Assembly (NCBI RefSeq): GCF_006345805.1
Contig: NC_043017.1
Coordinates: 15,128,001-15,192,000 of the forward strand
Origin: Octopus sinensis
Lineage: Eukaryota
Reading direction: 5' to 3'
Length of the DNA: 64,000 nucleotides
The number at the start of each line of letters is the position of its first letter. Positions within the stretch are counted from its first letter, which is position 1. Below, piece after piece: positions 13,356 to 27,749 of this stretch. The notes beneath the pieces are model-generated. The model saw only the letters and a program-made list of their open reading frames with translations. It had not been told where the DNA came from and made no database searches. A program made the translations under genes and the position numbers.

Positions 13356-13910
13356 TGGTGGCTGCACTCTCGTTATCAAGTGTGGCCATTGCACGAAGCT
13401 TAATCAATGTTGTTATCGTGCAATGCCTGTGCAAGAAGATTTAGTTTTAAGTGAGGAAAGGCTGTGCACTGAGTCAGTCCTACTCACTAAGCAACAGCAG
13501 CCATAACCGAAAAGAAGAACAAGTCAACATCATCGGTAACCACTGAGCCGCAGGTTTTATGTCGGAGTTATCCCAGTTACCTGAGTTACCTTCTCCTAGA
13601 AGGATGCCCTAACAGAGGCTAGGAGTCCTTCACTCCCAAAGGTTTAACCGCGCGATCGGGTATTCAGTCCGATTATTTCTATGTCCCCGCGCATGATACA
13701 GCCTTAAGCCATTTACTGGATGGCCGTTGACTCTCAAGAGTTCCTCCCCCCCCTTTGACGGATTTTGTATTTCATTCTGCAGGGTGTCCAATAATCACCC
13801 TCCTTACCAAGCAAGCTTGATGGAGTTGCCGGTTTAGTCGCCGACGACCCGACCTTGCAACAGGTTGTACTTGGTTACATGTTACCAGTAGCACTCGAAA
13901 GTTACCTGAC
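13356..13910 (-). mobile_element. Short RTE-clade-derived retroelement (5'UTR-like segment plus 3' stem-loop and microsatellite tail)
   Basis: Minus strand tagcct..ggcatccttCTAGGAGAAGGtaactc resembles the RTE 5'UTR motif (from recall); 10-bp stem cattgcacga/tcgtgcaatg (13387-13425); no RT coding sequence. Confidence 0.5.
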
Positions 13911-14111
13911 ATACATACATACATACATACATACACACATACATACACACACACACATACATACATGCATGCATGCATACATACATACATACATACATAC
14001 ATACATACATACATACATACATACATACATACATACATACACACACACACATACATACATGCATGCATGCATACATACATACATACATACATACATACAT
14101 ACATACATACA

Positions 14112-14143
<32 letters not shown>

Positions 14144-15429
14144 CATACGTTAAAATGTACCGTTCCGTGATAGAAAATTCAGCAAATTGTGATGTGTATG
14201 AATCATTAGGAGGAAAGATCTATATTAAGTTAATAAATCTTTTTCTATTGGTTTTATATTTCTGTGTTGTGACACACACCAGGGGAAAATCGCCAAATAA
14301 TATAAGAACTACATTAATAAAACCCATTCATTTTCTTTCCGTAATCTCAGACAAATTAAATAATCTGTATCGAAATGTTTGTAGAGTATCGTGTCCCAGT
14401 GTGTTTGTGTATATTATAGAAGAATATTAACCGGAGTCATAGAATAAAGGAACTCACTCCCATGATAAAACTCTCGTGATAATACATCGTGGTTTTTACC
14501 CTGGTCGCTCCCACCAACGGCAGTGTTTACATCTTGATGAAGAGATTGCTGTCTTCTGCTGAAGAACATTTTATTCTTATCTTACGTTAATACTCTTGGG
14601 AAAGGCATAAATATCACTTATTCTTATTTCAATTATAATAAATTTTAAAAGTTTTCTTCTAAACCATGGGAAATAATATTAAAAAATTAAATATCCATGA
14701 TTATTTGGATTCGGTTAGATATATTTTTTCATCAACTATAAATATTAAAATATTTCCTTTGAATTGTGCCATTTTTAGAGTGATTGCAAGAAGACCGAGA
14801 ATGAAAGAGAATACACGTTATATTTTAGTGGTTTCAGAATGTCTCCGACAGAGGTAAAGATCCGAATACACAAAGATACACCTGGGATGTAAAGCGAAAA
14901 TTTTTTCGAGGAATTGGTTCTAGAGAGAGACACAGGGGAGAGATGGAGGGGGAGAAAGAGGGAGAGAGAGAGAGTAAGTGAGGGGAGGAGGGATCAAGAA
15001 GATAATTTATAACTTTGATGAATGAAAAAGAGATTTTGCAAATGAAATAAATTGCTTCAGTTGTCTCCTTTCTAATTATTTAATATGCTAAGCACAATGT
15101 CAGTCACTTCACTGAAGTAGAATAAATGTTTGTGATTATAGCTGTCGTTATTGTTGTTGTTGTTCTTCTTCTGCTTCTCCTTCTTGGTATTATTATTGTT
15201 GTCATTATTATTACAACAGTAATAGCAGGACGTCGCACAGTGTGCGATATCGTAATGTCGTTGATTGAAGATATTGTGTCTGCCGTGGTTTGCACTTTCT
15301 GTCATGTCACAACAACCACCTCAGACTGACGGTTCTTTACGCAACATAAGTGCAGTTCCAAGTAATGACGATTTGGGTATTTTTAAATGGTATTGAACCC
15401 AATGTTCTGATGACGGCGGAGACAAACTT

Positions 15430-16420
15430 TGTTTGACTCTCCTAGCTGCCATCTCAATTCTCGAGTCTCCTGGGGTTTCTCTCTTCCTCAGTCATATCTT
15501 CTCGCGAGACAGGGTTTTCTACATTATATTGATTGGGCGGACTCTCCTCTACTACAACTTCATCTTGCCTACGCATTCGCTGATCTTTACCTACTCCTCG
15601 AGGTTGTCACCGCTATAGAGGCTTTTCCTGATTGTCTCAATCTGGGTCTCATTAAGAAAGCCTCTATCCCGAATTAGTCTTATCTGATCATGAGCCCATT
15701 TTCAGTCATCTGAAGCTGGTTCTAAAGTTCTGATGATCTTTCTCCCAACAGTTTTACATTTGCCATTGTTCTTGATTAGCAAGACTTGTTTATGGCACTG
15801 GATCGCCTTTTTGTTCATAACAGATCACTTGCATCTGCGAGTACGTTGCACAATAAAAGGATTACAACTAGATGGGGGTCTGGTCTTCCACTCCATTGCC
15901 TTGTGAGGGCCCCCTGGCAGGCACGGGAGTTCTGGTGTCTTGGACATCCAGGGGAGTCTTCCCATTCAGGCCGATATTTGGATTTTCTCCCCGGGTGTGT
16001 TTATTTGAGATTTTCATTTAAAGGGTTACCCCAAATACAACACCAACTCTAAAATGGTTGCCGATCAAGGTTTTAGGACGCCAAGTTCACCCTTATTATT
16101 ATTTTTTTTGTATTATTTTTGTATATATATTTGTGTAACATCGTCCGTTTTTCTGTCCTTGTTTCATATACATTCGATGCTTTTTTCCAAGTAATCTAAT
16201 GCTCTTAGCTTAGTTTTTCCTTTGGGCTGGCCAGATTGGAGCAGTCTCAAGATTAATCGGCCGAAATTACGAAGATGATCCGGTTCTTGACTGAAGATAA
16301 AAGGCTTCGAATGACCCGTCCGTGTTTTTTTGTATAGCCTATCTGGATGTTTTGTTGTTCCTCTTTGTATCACCTAGTTGACCGGATGCTTTGCGTTCTT
16401 GTCCCATTTTGTATTTTATT
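15430..16420 (+). mobile_element. Highly degenerate Tx1/L1-like LINE fragments
   Basis: RDRVF and LSDHEP (APE endonuclease end-like) peptides; 3' part resembles the 3'UTR of the 37.4-kb LINE (ttcttgtccc). Confidence 0.35.
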
Positions 16421-16859
16421 ATATATATAGAGATATACGTACATACTATCCCTATGATCAATCTGCGCATCACAGTCGATTTTCTCAAAGCTGACCAAAG
16501 TTTATACGTATATAAAATCACAGAAATAAACAATAATATGAGGCAAGGATAAATTAAACATATTACACTAAAAGAGGCGATCAAAACACGTTAAAAGGCA
16601 GAAATACAAAACGTAACAGCAACAACGGGGAAAACGTGTAGATGGAAAATACCTCCAATGATAAAAGAAATAAAAATAAATCTAAAGTTTCAAATTGAAG
16701 GAAAAGTAATAAGAAGCATAAGAGAAAAAGAAATAGAAACGATATTGTGTTTACAATGCCTGTTCACAGAGCAGGTCTAATGTATATATGTGTATGAACA
16801 CCCACCCACACTCTCATACACACGCTCACAGACATATACGTCTACAAATTCGTATGTGT

Positions 16860-17050
16860 CTGTGTGTATCTGTCTTTATGTTTATGCCTACCAGTGCAAA
16901 ACTGGTGTTGTGCCAAACAGCGATTTCTCAGGAGGCAGATCAATAAAATAACCATCGGAAATTCAAATAAGCACTAGCTTGGTTGTAAGCCTTAAAAGTA
17001 CTACTCCAGCATGGCCGTAGGCTATTGATAGAAAGAAGAAAGTAAAACAA
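16860..17050 (+). mobile_element. SINE family A, degenerate 3' fragment
   Basis: actggtgttg...ctccagcatggccgtag tail shared with 7169-7530. Confidence 0.55.
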
Positions 17051-17394
17051 TAATAAAACGCCTGTACTACCCGATTTCCACCCTGCTGCCAATTTTCTGC
17101 CAAACCGTGCGTTCGTCGATTTCTATTTAACTCTTTAACAAGAGAACTTTCTTTCGTAATCTGATTCCAAAATTGATCCAAGAATTGGAAATATCACCTT
17201 CATCTGTTCTAAGCATCTTACATGTTTACCAATTCCGCTAACACACTTAGCTGCTTTTCGTAATAAAGAGGAGTGGGTATGCGTCTGTGTGAGTAAATGT
17301 CTACGTTTGTCGATGTATGTAAATATGGACGTGTGCCTGTGTATATAAGTACGTGTACGTTACGTTATCTGTATCTCTATATGTATATGTATAT

Positions 17395-17437
<43 letters not shown>

Positions 17438-17875
17438 TGCGTGTCTATATACGTGTATGTGTGTGTGTATATGCGTGTCTCTGTATGCATATATAGACGT
17501 GTGAGGAAAGTGAAAGAGAAATTCAAAAGACTAAAATGAGCAGCTCTTATTATCTTTAGATTCTACGCACACATACTTACACACACAAACATATATATAT
17601 ATACCCATACATATATGAATATACATATGTATGTGCGTCTGTATATATATGTATATGTGTGTATATACATATGTATATCCATATATATACATCTATGTTT
17701 ATATATATGTATATATATATATACATATATATATAGACATATATATATATATATACATACATATATACATATATATGTACAATATACTATACATATACAT
17801 TTATATGCATATATATTATATACATACACTATATTTATATATATGCATATGTTTTTAGATGTGTGAATATATAAG

Positions 17876-17922
<47 letters not shown>

Positions 17923-17947
17923 ATGTGAGTGTGTGTGTGCGTGAACT

Positions 17948-17994
<47 letters not shown>

Positions 17995-18341
17995 TATATG
18001 TATATGTGTGTGTGTGGTAGTGTCCGTGTATTTGTAAAAAGTATACCGATGCCATAATTTTATTATCTTCTGTGTCTTTGATCAGTTCCTCGAAAATAGG
18101 TCTTTATTGGAATTGTTTTGCCGATGGTGAGCGATAAACAGCGACTCGTTTCGCTCCACTGATTCTATCCTGTTTACGTGCCAAACTAACACCATTACTG
18201 CTGTACATATTATGGGCAATCGGAGCCAAAGAACCGGCAGATCGATATGTATATGTGTGTAGACATACATACATACAAATACATACAAACATACATATAT
18301 ATATACACATACATACATACATACATACATACATACATACA

Positions 18342-18375
<34 letters not shown>

Positions 18376-18450
18376 GTATATTTATTAATGTCTTTATCCA
18401 CATATGCATGTATAGGTGTATGCTTGCATATATATGTTTGTGCCAGTATG

Positions 18451-18491
<41 letters not shown>

Positions 18492-18600
18492 TATATATAT
18501 ACAACACACCAACATATACTGATGTATTTATACAGATGTATATGTAGTCATATCTACATATAAGTGTCTACATCAGTGTTTATACAGCTGCATCTAAATA

Positions 18601-18667
<67 letters not shown>

Positions 18668-18714
18668 GCGCAGTCGTGTGTGTGTGCGTTTGTGTGTGTG
18701 TGTGTAAATATAAA

Positions 18715-18930
18715 TGGCGAATCTCTGGAAATAGAGACAGCAGAAAGGTTTAAGGAACGGTCCACTTTTTCCGTATCAAAATACTTGGATGATCGGTGGA
18801 GTGAAGATGGGGTTTTCCCATTCATTGATCACCATTTCCATCGCATCATCCCTGTCTCCACGACTATCGCCGCCTTCCACACAATCATTACCTCCGCCTC
18901 AACTCAAGAGTGCACTTTCAACTTAACAAG
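18715..18930 (+). other. Possible exon ending at a consensus splice donor (unverified)
   Basis: Non-repetitive, higher-GC island ending ACAAG|GTAAGT at 18930/18931; one frame open; no clear acceptor. Confidence 0.2.
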
Positions 18931-19012
18931 GTAAGTAAGTCCTTGTAAAGATTTATAAATACTTACATACAAGCATGCGTATACATACATACATACATAC
19001 ATACATATAACG

Positions 19013-19064
<52 letters not shown>

Positions 19065-19065
<1 letters not shown>

Positions 19066-19352
19066 TCACGTGATCATGTGACCGACCAGACCATCAGATG
19101 TTGCTACACATCGCTGGTCACAATGCGTTCGCATTGTTTTAGCCTTCGAATGACGCCACCCCGCTGGCTAAGCGAGCAGGCCAACAGAAGAAAGAGTGAG
19201 AGAAAGTTGTGGGACCACCCCCTGCCGGAGCCTCGTGGAGCTTTTAGGTGTTTTCGCTCAATAAGCACTCACAACGCCCGGTCTGGGAATCGAAACCGCG
19301 ATCCTATGACCGCGAGTCCGCTGCCCTAACCACTGGGCCATTGCGCCTCCAC
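19065..19352 (-). mobile_element. tRNA-Arg-like SINE (family B)
   Basis: Head gtggaggcgcaatggcccagtggttagggcagcggactcgcgg..gtttcgattcc (boxes A/B, TCG anticodon-like); flanked by (TA)n-type repeats. Confidence 0.85.
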
Positions 19353-19392
19353 ACATATATATATATACATATATATACATATATATATATAC

Positions 19393-19423
<31 letters not shown>

Positions 19424-19507
19424 CATATGATATATAGATATGTGTAAGTGCATATATGTAAAAGTACAGGCATACATGCACATTTATATATGTATGTATT
19501 TACATAC

Positions 19508-19541
<34 letters not shown>

Positions 19542-19819
19542 CCTCTGGACCACCGGAATATGAATTAGCATGTGTTTTTCTTAATACTCCATGAATCCCT
19601 TTAAAGAAAGAAGGATTCTTATTGAGTCAACGTGACCCAGTGTGTGGGCGGAAGGTAAACGAAGGAATTACTGGTACATCCCCAGTTTCTGTCAAGTGCG
19701 AGAGAGGGAGAGAAAGAAACTTGCGATGGCTTTGAATAGGGGAATATAAAAGACAGTTGCCCCTGTATGACAAGAAATCGGATCCGACATACGACCTAAC
19801 ATTTCAACCGTAACTGAAT

Positions 19820-19841
19820 AGTAGTAGTAGTAGTAGTAGTA

Positions 19842-19892
<51 letters not shown>
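19820..19892 (+). repeat. (TAG)n microsatellite
   Basis: Pure tag run; similar runs at 22890-22933 (as TAC), 41735-41875 and 57905-57976. Confidence 0.95.
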
Positions 19893-19893
<1 letters not shown>

Positions 19894-20667
19894 CACAATA
19901 CTAATAATATTTTTTTAATTAATTGATCATCAATAATAACGACGAGAAGAAAAAACATTCCAAGAATTTATATGTTTGGGATTTTTTTGGTTGCTTTATA
20001 TCGATTATGAGTAGCAGAGAAGAAGTGATTGATTTTTTTCTGTAGATTGCTCTGTTAAATACACATAGTGGAAGTAAATAGAACATTATCGATCTAACAA
20101 ATATTAGGCGAATCAATGATAGAGAAGAACCTGGTCGTCGTGTTTGGTCAGTGGCGTGGGCATGTTTGGAAAGGAAGCATACTGTGGAATTGGGAGATTA
20201 TGAAAGTGCAGAGGTACATGACGCACTTTAACTGGAATATCGATAGGAAAAACACATATCGATCTGTGGACTTGAGGGAAATCAAAGAATATACAAATTC
20301 GGATGGATATTTCGTATTTAAGAGAAGCATTAAGATGAAAGATTACAGATACAGGCAGAGAGAGAAGGGGGAGAGAGGGAGAGAGACGGAGAGACATGAT
20401 GGAGAGAAAGAGGGGATGGATGGAGAGAGAGAGAGGATGGAGAGAGAGACATAAACACGCACGCAAACATTTGAGTGTTTGCATATGGATATATGTATGT
20501 AGGAGTATATAGATATATGTATTGATGTATATATGAAGATAGATAGACAGATAGATAGATACATACATAAATACATACATACACACATAGATAAAAGCCC
20601 AATGCACCTCCCTCATTTTTGCCAAAATCTCTTTGAAATACTCGTATTATTCATTCTTGCCAACCTA

Positions 20668-20752
20668 GTAGAGTGGAGCAATGTGAAATAATGGCTTGCT
20701 CAAGAACGCAGCACGTCACGAGGAATCGAAATCCCGACACTTACGATCATGA
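20668..20752 (-). mobile_element. CORE-SINE (family C) fragment
   Basis: tggagcaatgtgaaata..ttgctcaagaac..ggaatcgaaa..ttacgatc shared with 25644-25899. Confidence 0.65.
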
Positions 20753-20814
20753 TTATATGTATGAGGATTTGGAGACCTTCAGTGTCTGTTTCCCGTTTGT
20801 TTGTGCATTGGTTA

Positions 20815-21480
20815 AATGTTTCTAACTATCGTTCTTAACAAATAGGTAAATAAATAATACATACATACAGTTTATAAATATATAAATATAAATTAGAAAT
20901 GGTAACCAAAATAATAAATTGAACAATTAAATAATTTAACCAATAAATGATAAATTCAATTCAATTTTATTATTTATACAAACAAATGACACATTTCATA
21001 AATTACGGATATTTCAACACCATTAATAAAAACAAGTTTTTCCAGAAAAATAAAATATCGTATAAATATAATGAGGTTTCATCAGATAGACATATCTTCT
21101 TAAATATCTCACGAAAAAAATCAACTACACTACGTACTTTCAAATGCGAAACTTTTAGTAAATTCAAACTGGAGGACACCACCCTCTCCGGATTTTTTTC
21201 GTGAGATATTTAAAAAGATATGTCTATCTGATGAAACTTCATTATATTTTAACGACATTTTATTATTCCTGAAAAACATTTTTTTATTAATTGTGTGGAA
21301 ACAGCTGTAATTTATGAGATGTGTCATTTGTATAAAATAAAATTTAATTTATCATTTAATTATTAAATTAATTAATTGTTCAATTTATTAATTTGGTTTC
21401 CATTTCTAATATATATTTATATATTGATAAATTTATATCATTTATTTACCTATTTCTTCAGCGCGATAGTTCATAACATT
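20815..21480. repeat. Long imperfect inverted repeat (~300-bp arms, 68-bp spacer)
   Basis: 20815-21122 is the reverse complement of 21191-21480; the peptide YNEVSSDRHIFLNISRKKS appears in both + and - ORFs; right arm holds GAAACAGCTGTA (21298-21309). Confidence 0.9.
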
Positions 21481-21565
21481 GTTATTAATATAGGTAAAAA
21501 GATCCGAGTAAATTCTTCGGATATCTAATATCCCTCAGGTAGTTATTTAACACCTAATTAAATTG

Positions 21566-21615
<50 letters not shown>

Positions 21616-22124
21616 ATGATAATGAATTTATAATTATAATTAACGGCGCTGTAGGGTTAACGCTAATACTCTACAAGTAGATGTCGAATGTCTACAAGCC
21701 ACTCTAAATTTGTTCTCCCTTTTTGCACAAAGCTGAATGCTAGGAAATGGACAAGAAGATTTGTAAAATTTCGGATAACTCTGTATGTTAAGATGTGAAA
21801 AATATATATACATACCGATAAATACTTGCGTACAGATACCAATATATACATACATTTCCCACGTATACATCATATATAATCGCGCATCTCAGCAGTGTGA
21901 TTATTGTTAGAATAGTACCGGAGTAAATATAATGACCAGAGAACTCCAAATTACACATGCGTATCAACTGAGAACATAATCATTAAACATGATTTTACTC
22001 GTGGCCATATCAGTAAAATTAAGATTTAAGTATAGAATCATGAATTTATATCGATGTAATAAAAGTTTCTTAATCTGGGGATTTAAAAAATAAATTGATA
22101 TTTCTACACTCATTATTAAACTTT

Positions 22125-22321
<197 letters not shown>

Positions 22322-22590
22322 CCATTGCTTTATGCAAAAGTGTCGTAAGTCCAAAACGTTGCATTTTCAGAAAACAATCGCATAGCAAAGCCATTGCATT
22401 ATACTTTGACAATATTTGATATCTTGGTGTCTGAAGCAGCTGGAGATACGACAGCTTGACCAAAGAACCGGCTATTGCAAGCAGAAATAAATATTGAAAC
22501 AAAAAAAAGGCACTTGACCATATTTGGACATACGACAGTTTAACATAATACGACCGATATACACGCACACACACACATACACACACATAA

Positions 22591-22682
<92 letters not shown>

Positions 22683-22889
22683 TAGAGGGAGAGAGAGAAA
22701 TACAAGAAGAAAGAAGGTAGAGAGAAAGAGTGCAAGAGGACTACACAATAATAATATACAAATGTCCACGGTATACTCAGCCACTTATTGTTAATTGAAT
22801 GTAATGAATAGGCCATCTAGTTGATCGAACACCTGGAAAGCTAATCACCGAATTGGACAGATGTTCATCTACTTACAACAAGAAAACAA

Positions 22890-22934
<45 letters not shown>

Positions 22935-23103
22935 AGTTCATTGTTATTATTATGGCTGGCCACTTCAACCCAAGACGTGTCCATAATTCAAACATATATT
23001 GATAGTTACGAAGAAGAATACTTAAAGTATATTTGCATCATTGATCACATTCTCATATTGTAAAACGGGGGATAAATCGATAGTATATGCACACACACAC
23101 ACT

Positions 23104-23134
<31 letters not shown>

Positions 23135-23375
23135 TATATATATATCCATTAAGATGTTTGTGTGCATGTTGTTATGTACATATATACATATGCGTAGATG
23201 TGTCAGAGTGCGTGGTGGTGGTGGTGGGCAGCTACTCGTAGTTTTCCGCTAAATGCGGTTGAGCAAGCAACGTGGAAATGGAAACTCGACTAACATCGGA
23301 ATGAATCATCAACACTAAAGTTATAATGTATGGAAATCTTATGCGCTTGCGTGTACATACACGCACACACACACA

Positions 23376-23413
<38 letters not shown>

Positions 23414-23501
23414 CATGCATATATATACATATAATATTTTACACATGCATATATATATATGTAAATATTTATACATGCATATATACATGCATTTATATAT
23501 A

Positions 23502-23582
<81 letters not shown>

Positions 23583-23844
23583 TATATAAATTTACATGAG
23601 ATTTATCATTAAGATTTACATAAAGTACGCTAAAATCCCAAACATACACATAACATTATGCCAACAGGATTACAGAGGCCGCGCTCATACGCACATACAC
23701 ACACGTACAAATTCCTCACAAGTATATGTACATGTAAAGATGGATAGCCTTTACATTTGCAATATAATGCAAGTATGGAGATTTTTGCACGTGCATACAT
23801 TCATGTATGAATGTACTTACATGATATATATATACCTATATATA

Positions 23845-23889
<45 letters not shown>

Positions 23890-23929
23890 ATATAAGAGAG
23901 AAAATAGAAAGCTTTGGCAAAGTGGGAAG

Positions 23930-24170
23930 TTTAATTAAGACTTTTATGTTTCCGGCGCAAAGTCCCATCTTTAGAAGAAAAGAACTGTCTAAAAAAATTC
24001 CAGTTATGTAGGATTCGTAGGATTTTTGAATGAATTAACAGATCTTACATAACTGGACATTTTACTGAAGATGGGCGTTTGCGCCTGAAATATAAAGGTT
24101 TTATTAAACTTTCCGCATTGTCAGAAGCTCTCTATCTTCTATCTTGCTACATTCTTCGATATTACACTGG
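23930..24170 (+). mobile_element. Penelope-like 3' fragment with hammerhead-like motif (24065-24095)
   Basis: CTGAAGA-T-GGGCG/tttg/CGCCT-GAAA-TATA followed by ATTAAA; upstream FRRKE..KKIP peptide loosely like a GIY-YIG C-terminus. Confidence 0.45.
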
Positions 24171-24192
24171 CATCAAGCGAACTACAACGCTG

Positions 24193-24564
<372 letters not shown>

Positions 24565-24737
24565 ATATATATATAATATGTATGCGTGAGTGTGTGTGTG
24601 GTGTGTGTGTGTGTGTTTGTTGTGTGTGTGTGTGGCGTGTGTTTGTGTGTATGTGTGTGTGTGTTTGTGTGTGTATGTTGTATGGTGTGTGTGTGTGCGT
24701 GTGTGTGGTGTGTGTGTGTGTGTGTGTGACTGTTGAG

Positions 24738-24901
24738 AAAAAGGAGACAGAATTTTGGATAATCTTTTATTAGTGCTTTCGTTCGTTTATGAATTCTCAA
24801 GACAAAATCAAAATGGTCCATTTTGATTTTGTCTTGAGAAGTTCATAAACGAACGAAAGCACCAATAAAAGATTATCCAAAATTCTGACTGTCTCCTTTT
24901 T
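24738..24901. repeat. Near-perfect palindrome (~80-bp arms, 1-nt loop at 24817) with hammerhead-like fold
   Basis: Arms match apart from about 3 differences; right arm CTTGAGAA-GTTC/ataaac/GAAC-GAAAGC-AATAAAA. Confidence 0.9.
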
Positions 24902-24966
24902 CGCAATATACAATATCTCTAACTATTTCAAACACTCTATACACACACGCACACACACACATTGAT

Positions 24967-25017
<51 letters not shown>

Positions 25018-25643
25018 AAATTTGATTTAGTATTTCTAAATTGAATTTTTCCCTGTAAGTTAGGAATAATATTACCTCAAATTATTATTAATATATATAT
25101 TAATATAATATATATATATATATATATTAATATATATATTATATAATATATATAATAATATAATATATATATATATATAAAGACGTATAAGATTAGATTA
25201 CATAAGATGAAGCAAAATTCTTCGTATATAGAAATTAGCTCGGCATTAATTGAGGGTCGATCAACCGCTTAGAGGTAAATGGTTCCAGATCAAAATTAGG
25301 AATAATCTTAAAAAGAAAGAATTCTCCGAAATCAACGTCATATTAAAGAAAAGGAAATCATTTTGTCTGAAGGCAAGAGGACTACTAAGTATACGTTTCT
25401 GCCTCAACGACCGTCGTCATAAGTATCACGATTCTTTATATTATTTTCAACAGACTAAAGCAAAAATGTGTAGAATACATTTGTGGTCCAGGTAATTTGC
25501 CAAAATTGTATGGAAATGAGCTAAGGGAAATATTTCAACGCTTGTAGCATGTATTTAAGCAGCAGAGGTAAATAAGGACATAAGTGTTTGTATCTTTGTT
25601 TTTGCTTGTGTATTTATGAACGGTAGACTTCCTATAAAAAAAA

Positions 25644-25899
25644 GTAAAAAGGTAACGTTAGCTTTTCGAGTAATACCGACTCATAAAGGACCGGTTTCCC
25701 GTTTTCCATGGTGTATATATATTCTCCACTTGGATAGAATGCTGATTCGTCGCAGGATAACGCATTTCTGCCAGCTGGAGCAATGTGAAATAAAGGGTTT
25801 TGCTCAAGAACACAATGCGTCACGCGGTCCAGGAATCGAAACCACAATCTTACGATCACGAGTCCCTCACCCCTTAACCGCTAAGCCACGCACCTCCAC
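25644..25899 (-). mobile_element. tRNA-derived CORE-SINE (family C)
   Basis: Head gtggaggtgcgtggcttagcggtt..gtttcgattcc; CORE-like ttcttgagcaaaaccctttatttcacattgctccag; then cctgcgacgaatcagcattctatcc. Confidence 0.85.
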
Positions 25900-26016
25900 G
25901 TAGGCTTACTCTGAGGGAGGGTGATGCATATTGCCTTTTTATGATGGGACAGAATTAGAAACCATTATTGTTAGAGCCATTTCGTAGCCTCGACTCATCG
26001 TAAAATCATGAACATC

Positions 26017-26270
26017 AGGCATCGGCGTGATTGTGTGGATACGGAGTTCGATTTGTGACTAAGTGGTTTCTTTTCGTGTTGAATGCCACTGCGTGGCACC
26101 TTGGTCAAGTATCTTCTGCTACAGATACCGTCTGACCATACCGCGTGATTTAGCGGTAATAAGTGAACAATGGAATAAGTATTGGGGTCAACTTATTCGA
26201 CTAAACACTTCAAGTCTGTGCCCCAGCATGACCGTAGTTCAATGACTAAAACAAGAAAACGATAGAAGAT
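26017..26270 (+). mobile_element. SINE family A, degenerate
   Basis: ccactgcgtggcaccttggtcaagtatcttct and ccccagcatgaccgtagttcaatgactaaaac. Confidence 0.7.
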
Positions 26271-26388
26271 AATTTCCTGTGGAGAAACGACCAAATTTAC
26301 AGTGTTTGTGTGATTGTGCCGCCCGAAATAAGTTTGTTTTCTAAGACTAAGAATAAACTCTGATTTTATATTCTGCTTTTGCGTGAGC

Positions 26389-26434
<46 letters not shown>

Positions 26435-27072
26435 TGCACGAGCGCGTGCGTGTGCGTATGTGCGTTTGAAATTAATACCAATAATATTTCTGATCAGCTG
26501 TCAAGCAATTTCCAATCAAGCCAATAAAATTCCTCCTCCATCCATATTTGAAATTTACCAAAAATATTCCTGATTGTTCCTGGAATAATCTTCTTCCCTG
26601 CTTCTTGTAATCATTCTCTATCCACATCAGAACTCACTCTCTCCCAAATTCAAATCATTTCCTCCTCACAAAATTGGACCGACACCGTTTCGCACCCATC
26701 CCTTATTATGCATTGCTTGTGTAGTTTGTCTCGCTCAGAGTTTGAAGAACTTTTGTCTTGGTCCGTTTTCCCCGCTGCTCGAAGAAGCACGTTTTCCGAA
26801 ACATCCCTAAACAGCAAACAAAATTTATATTTTAACAATAAATGCGAATTTTCTACACACTGACTAACACTGAGCTCACTCTGTTCTAATTTGGAATTGA
26901 AACAACCCGCACACACACCCACACATGCATGCACACACATACATGCTTACATACATACATACATACACACATACATACACACATACATACAAACATACAT
27001 ACACACATACATACATACATATATACATACATACATGCTTACATACACACATACATACATACATACATACAT

Positions 27073-27172
27073 NNNNNNNNNNNNNNNNNNNNNNNNNNNN
27101 NNNNNNNNNNNNNNNNNNNNNNNNNNNNNNNNNNNNNNNNNNNNNNNNNNNNNNNNNNNNNNNNNNNNNNNN
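27073..27172. other. Assembly gap (100 N)
   Basis: Exactly 100 n next to a (CATA)n tract. Confidence 1.
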
Positions 27173-27749
27173 TTTTTTCTTGTGATTAATAAAAACACCA
27201 TTTACAGAATGATCAATGATCCTAGTGTTTGGTTCTAAACACCTCTGACTATCGTCTTGGAATCAATCAAAAATGGAGTTTGAACGAAGTCAGTTAAAAT
27301 ACCGACTGAATCAAAGTCAAACGAAAAACACAACTGAATCGACGCCATTGGTGCATTTACAGCCGTTAATATTGGCGGATGTTGTGGAATTGTTTGAGGA
27401 GAGGATTTAAGAATGAGAAGAAGTGCTTTACGAAACGACTCTCAGAAACAATGGAGTATAAAATCCCGAGCGAATACAACATCCATACAGAAAGAGATAT
27501 AGAGCATTGTTACCAGTGTAGGGTTGGTCGTCGGTCGGCCAAAAAAATTAAAAAGAAAAGAAAAAGAAAACCTGTACAATTTATTTACTGTGAATGAACT
27601 TTGGAATCTTTTCTGATTGGTTGTTGACTTATTGATTTTAGTAAACAGGATATTGTGGCCGTCTATGGTGCAAAGTTTATTAAGAGCTGAATATGCTTTT
27701 GATCTGAAATGTATCGCTCATTTAATCTGATAGAATATTGAATTATCCT

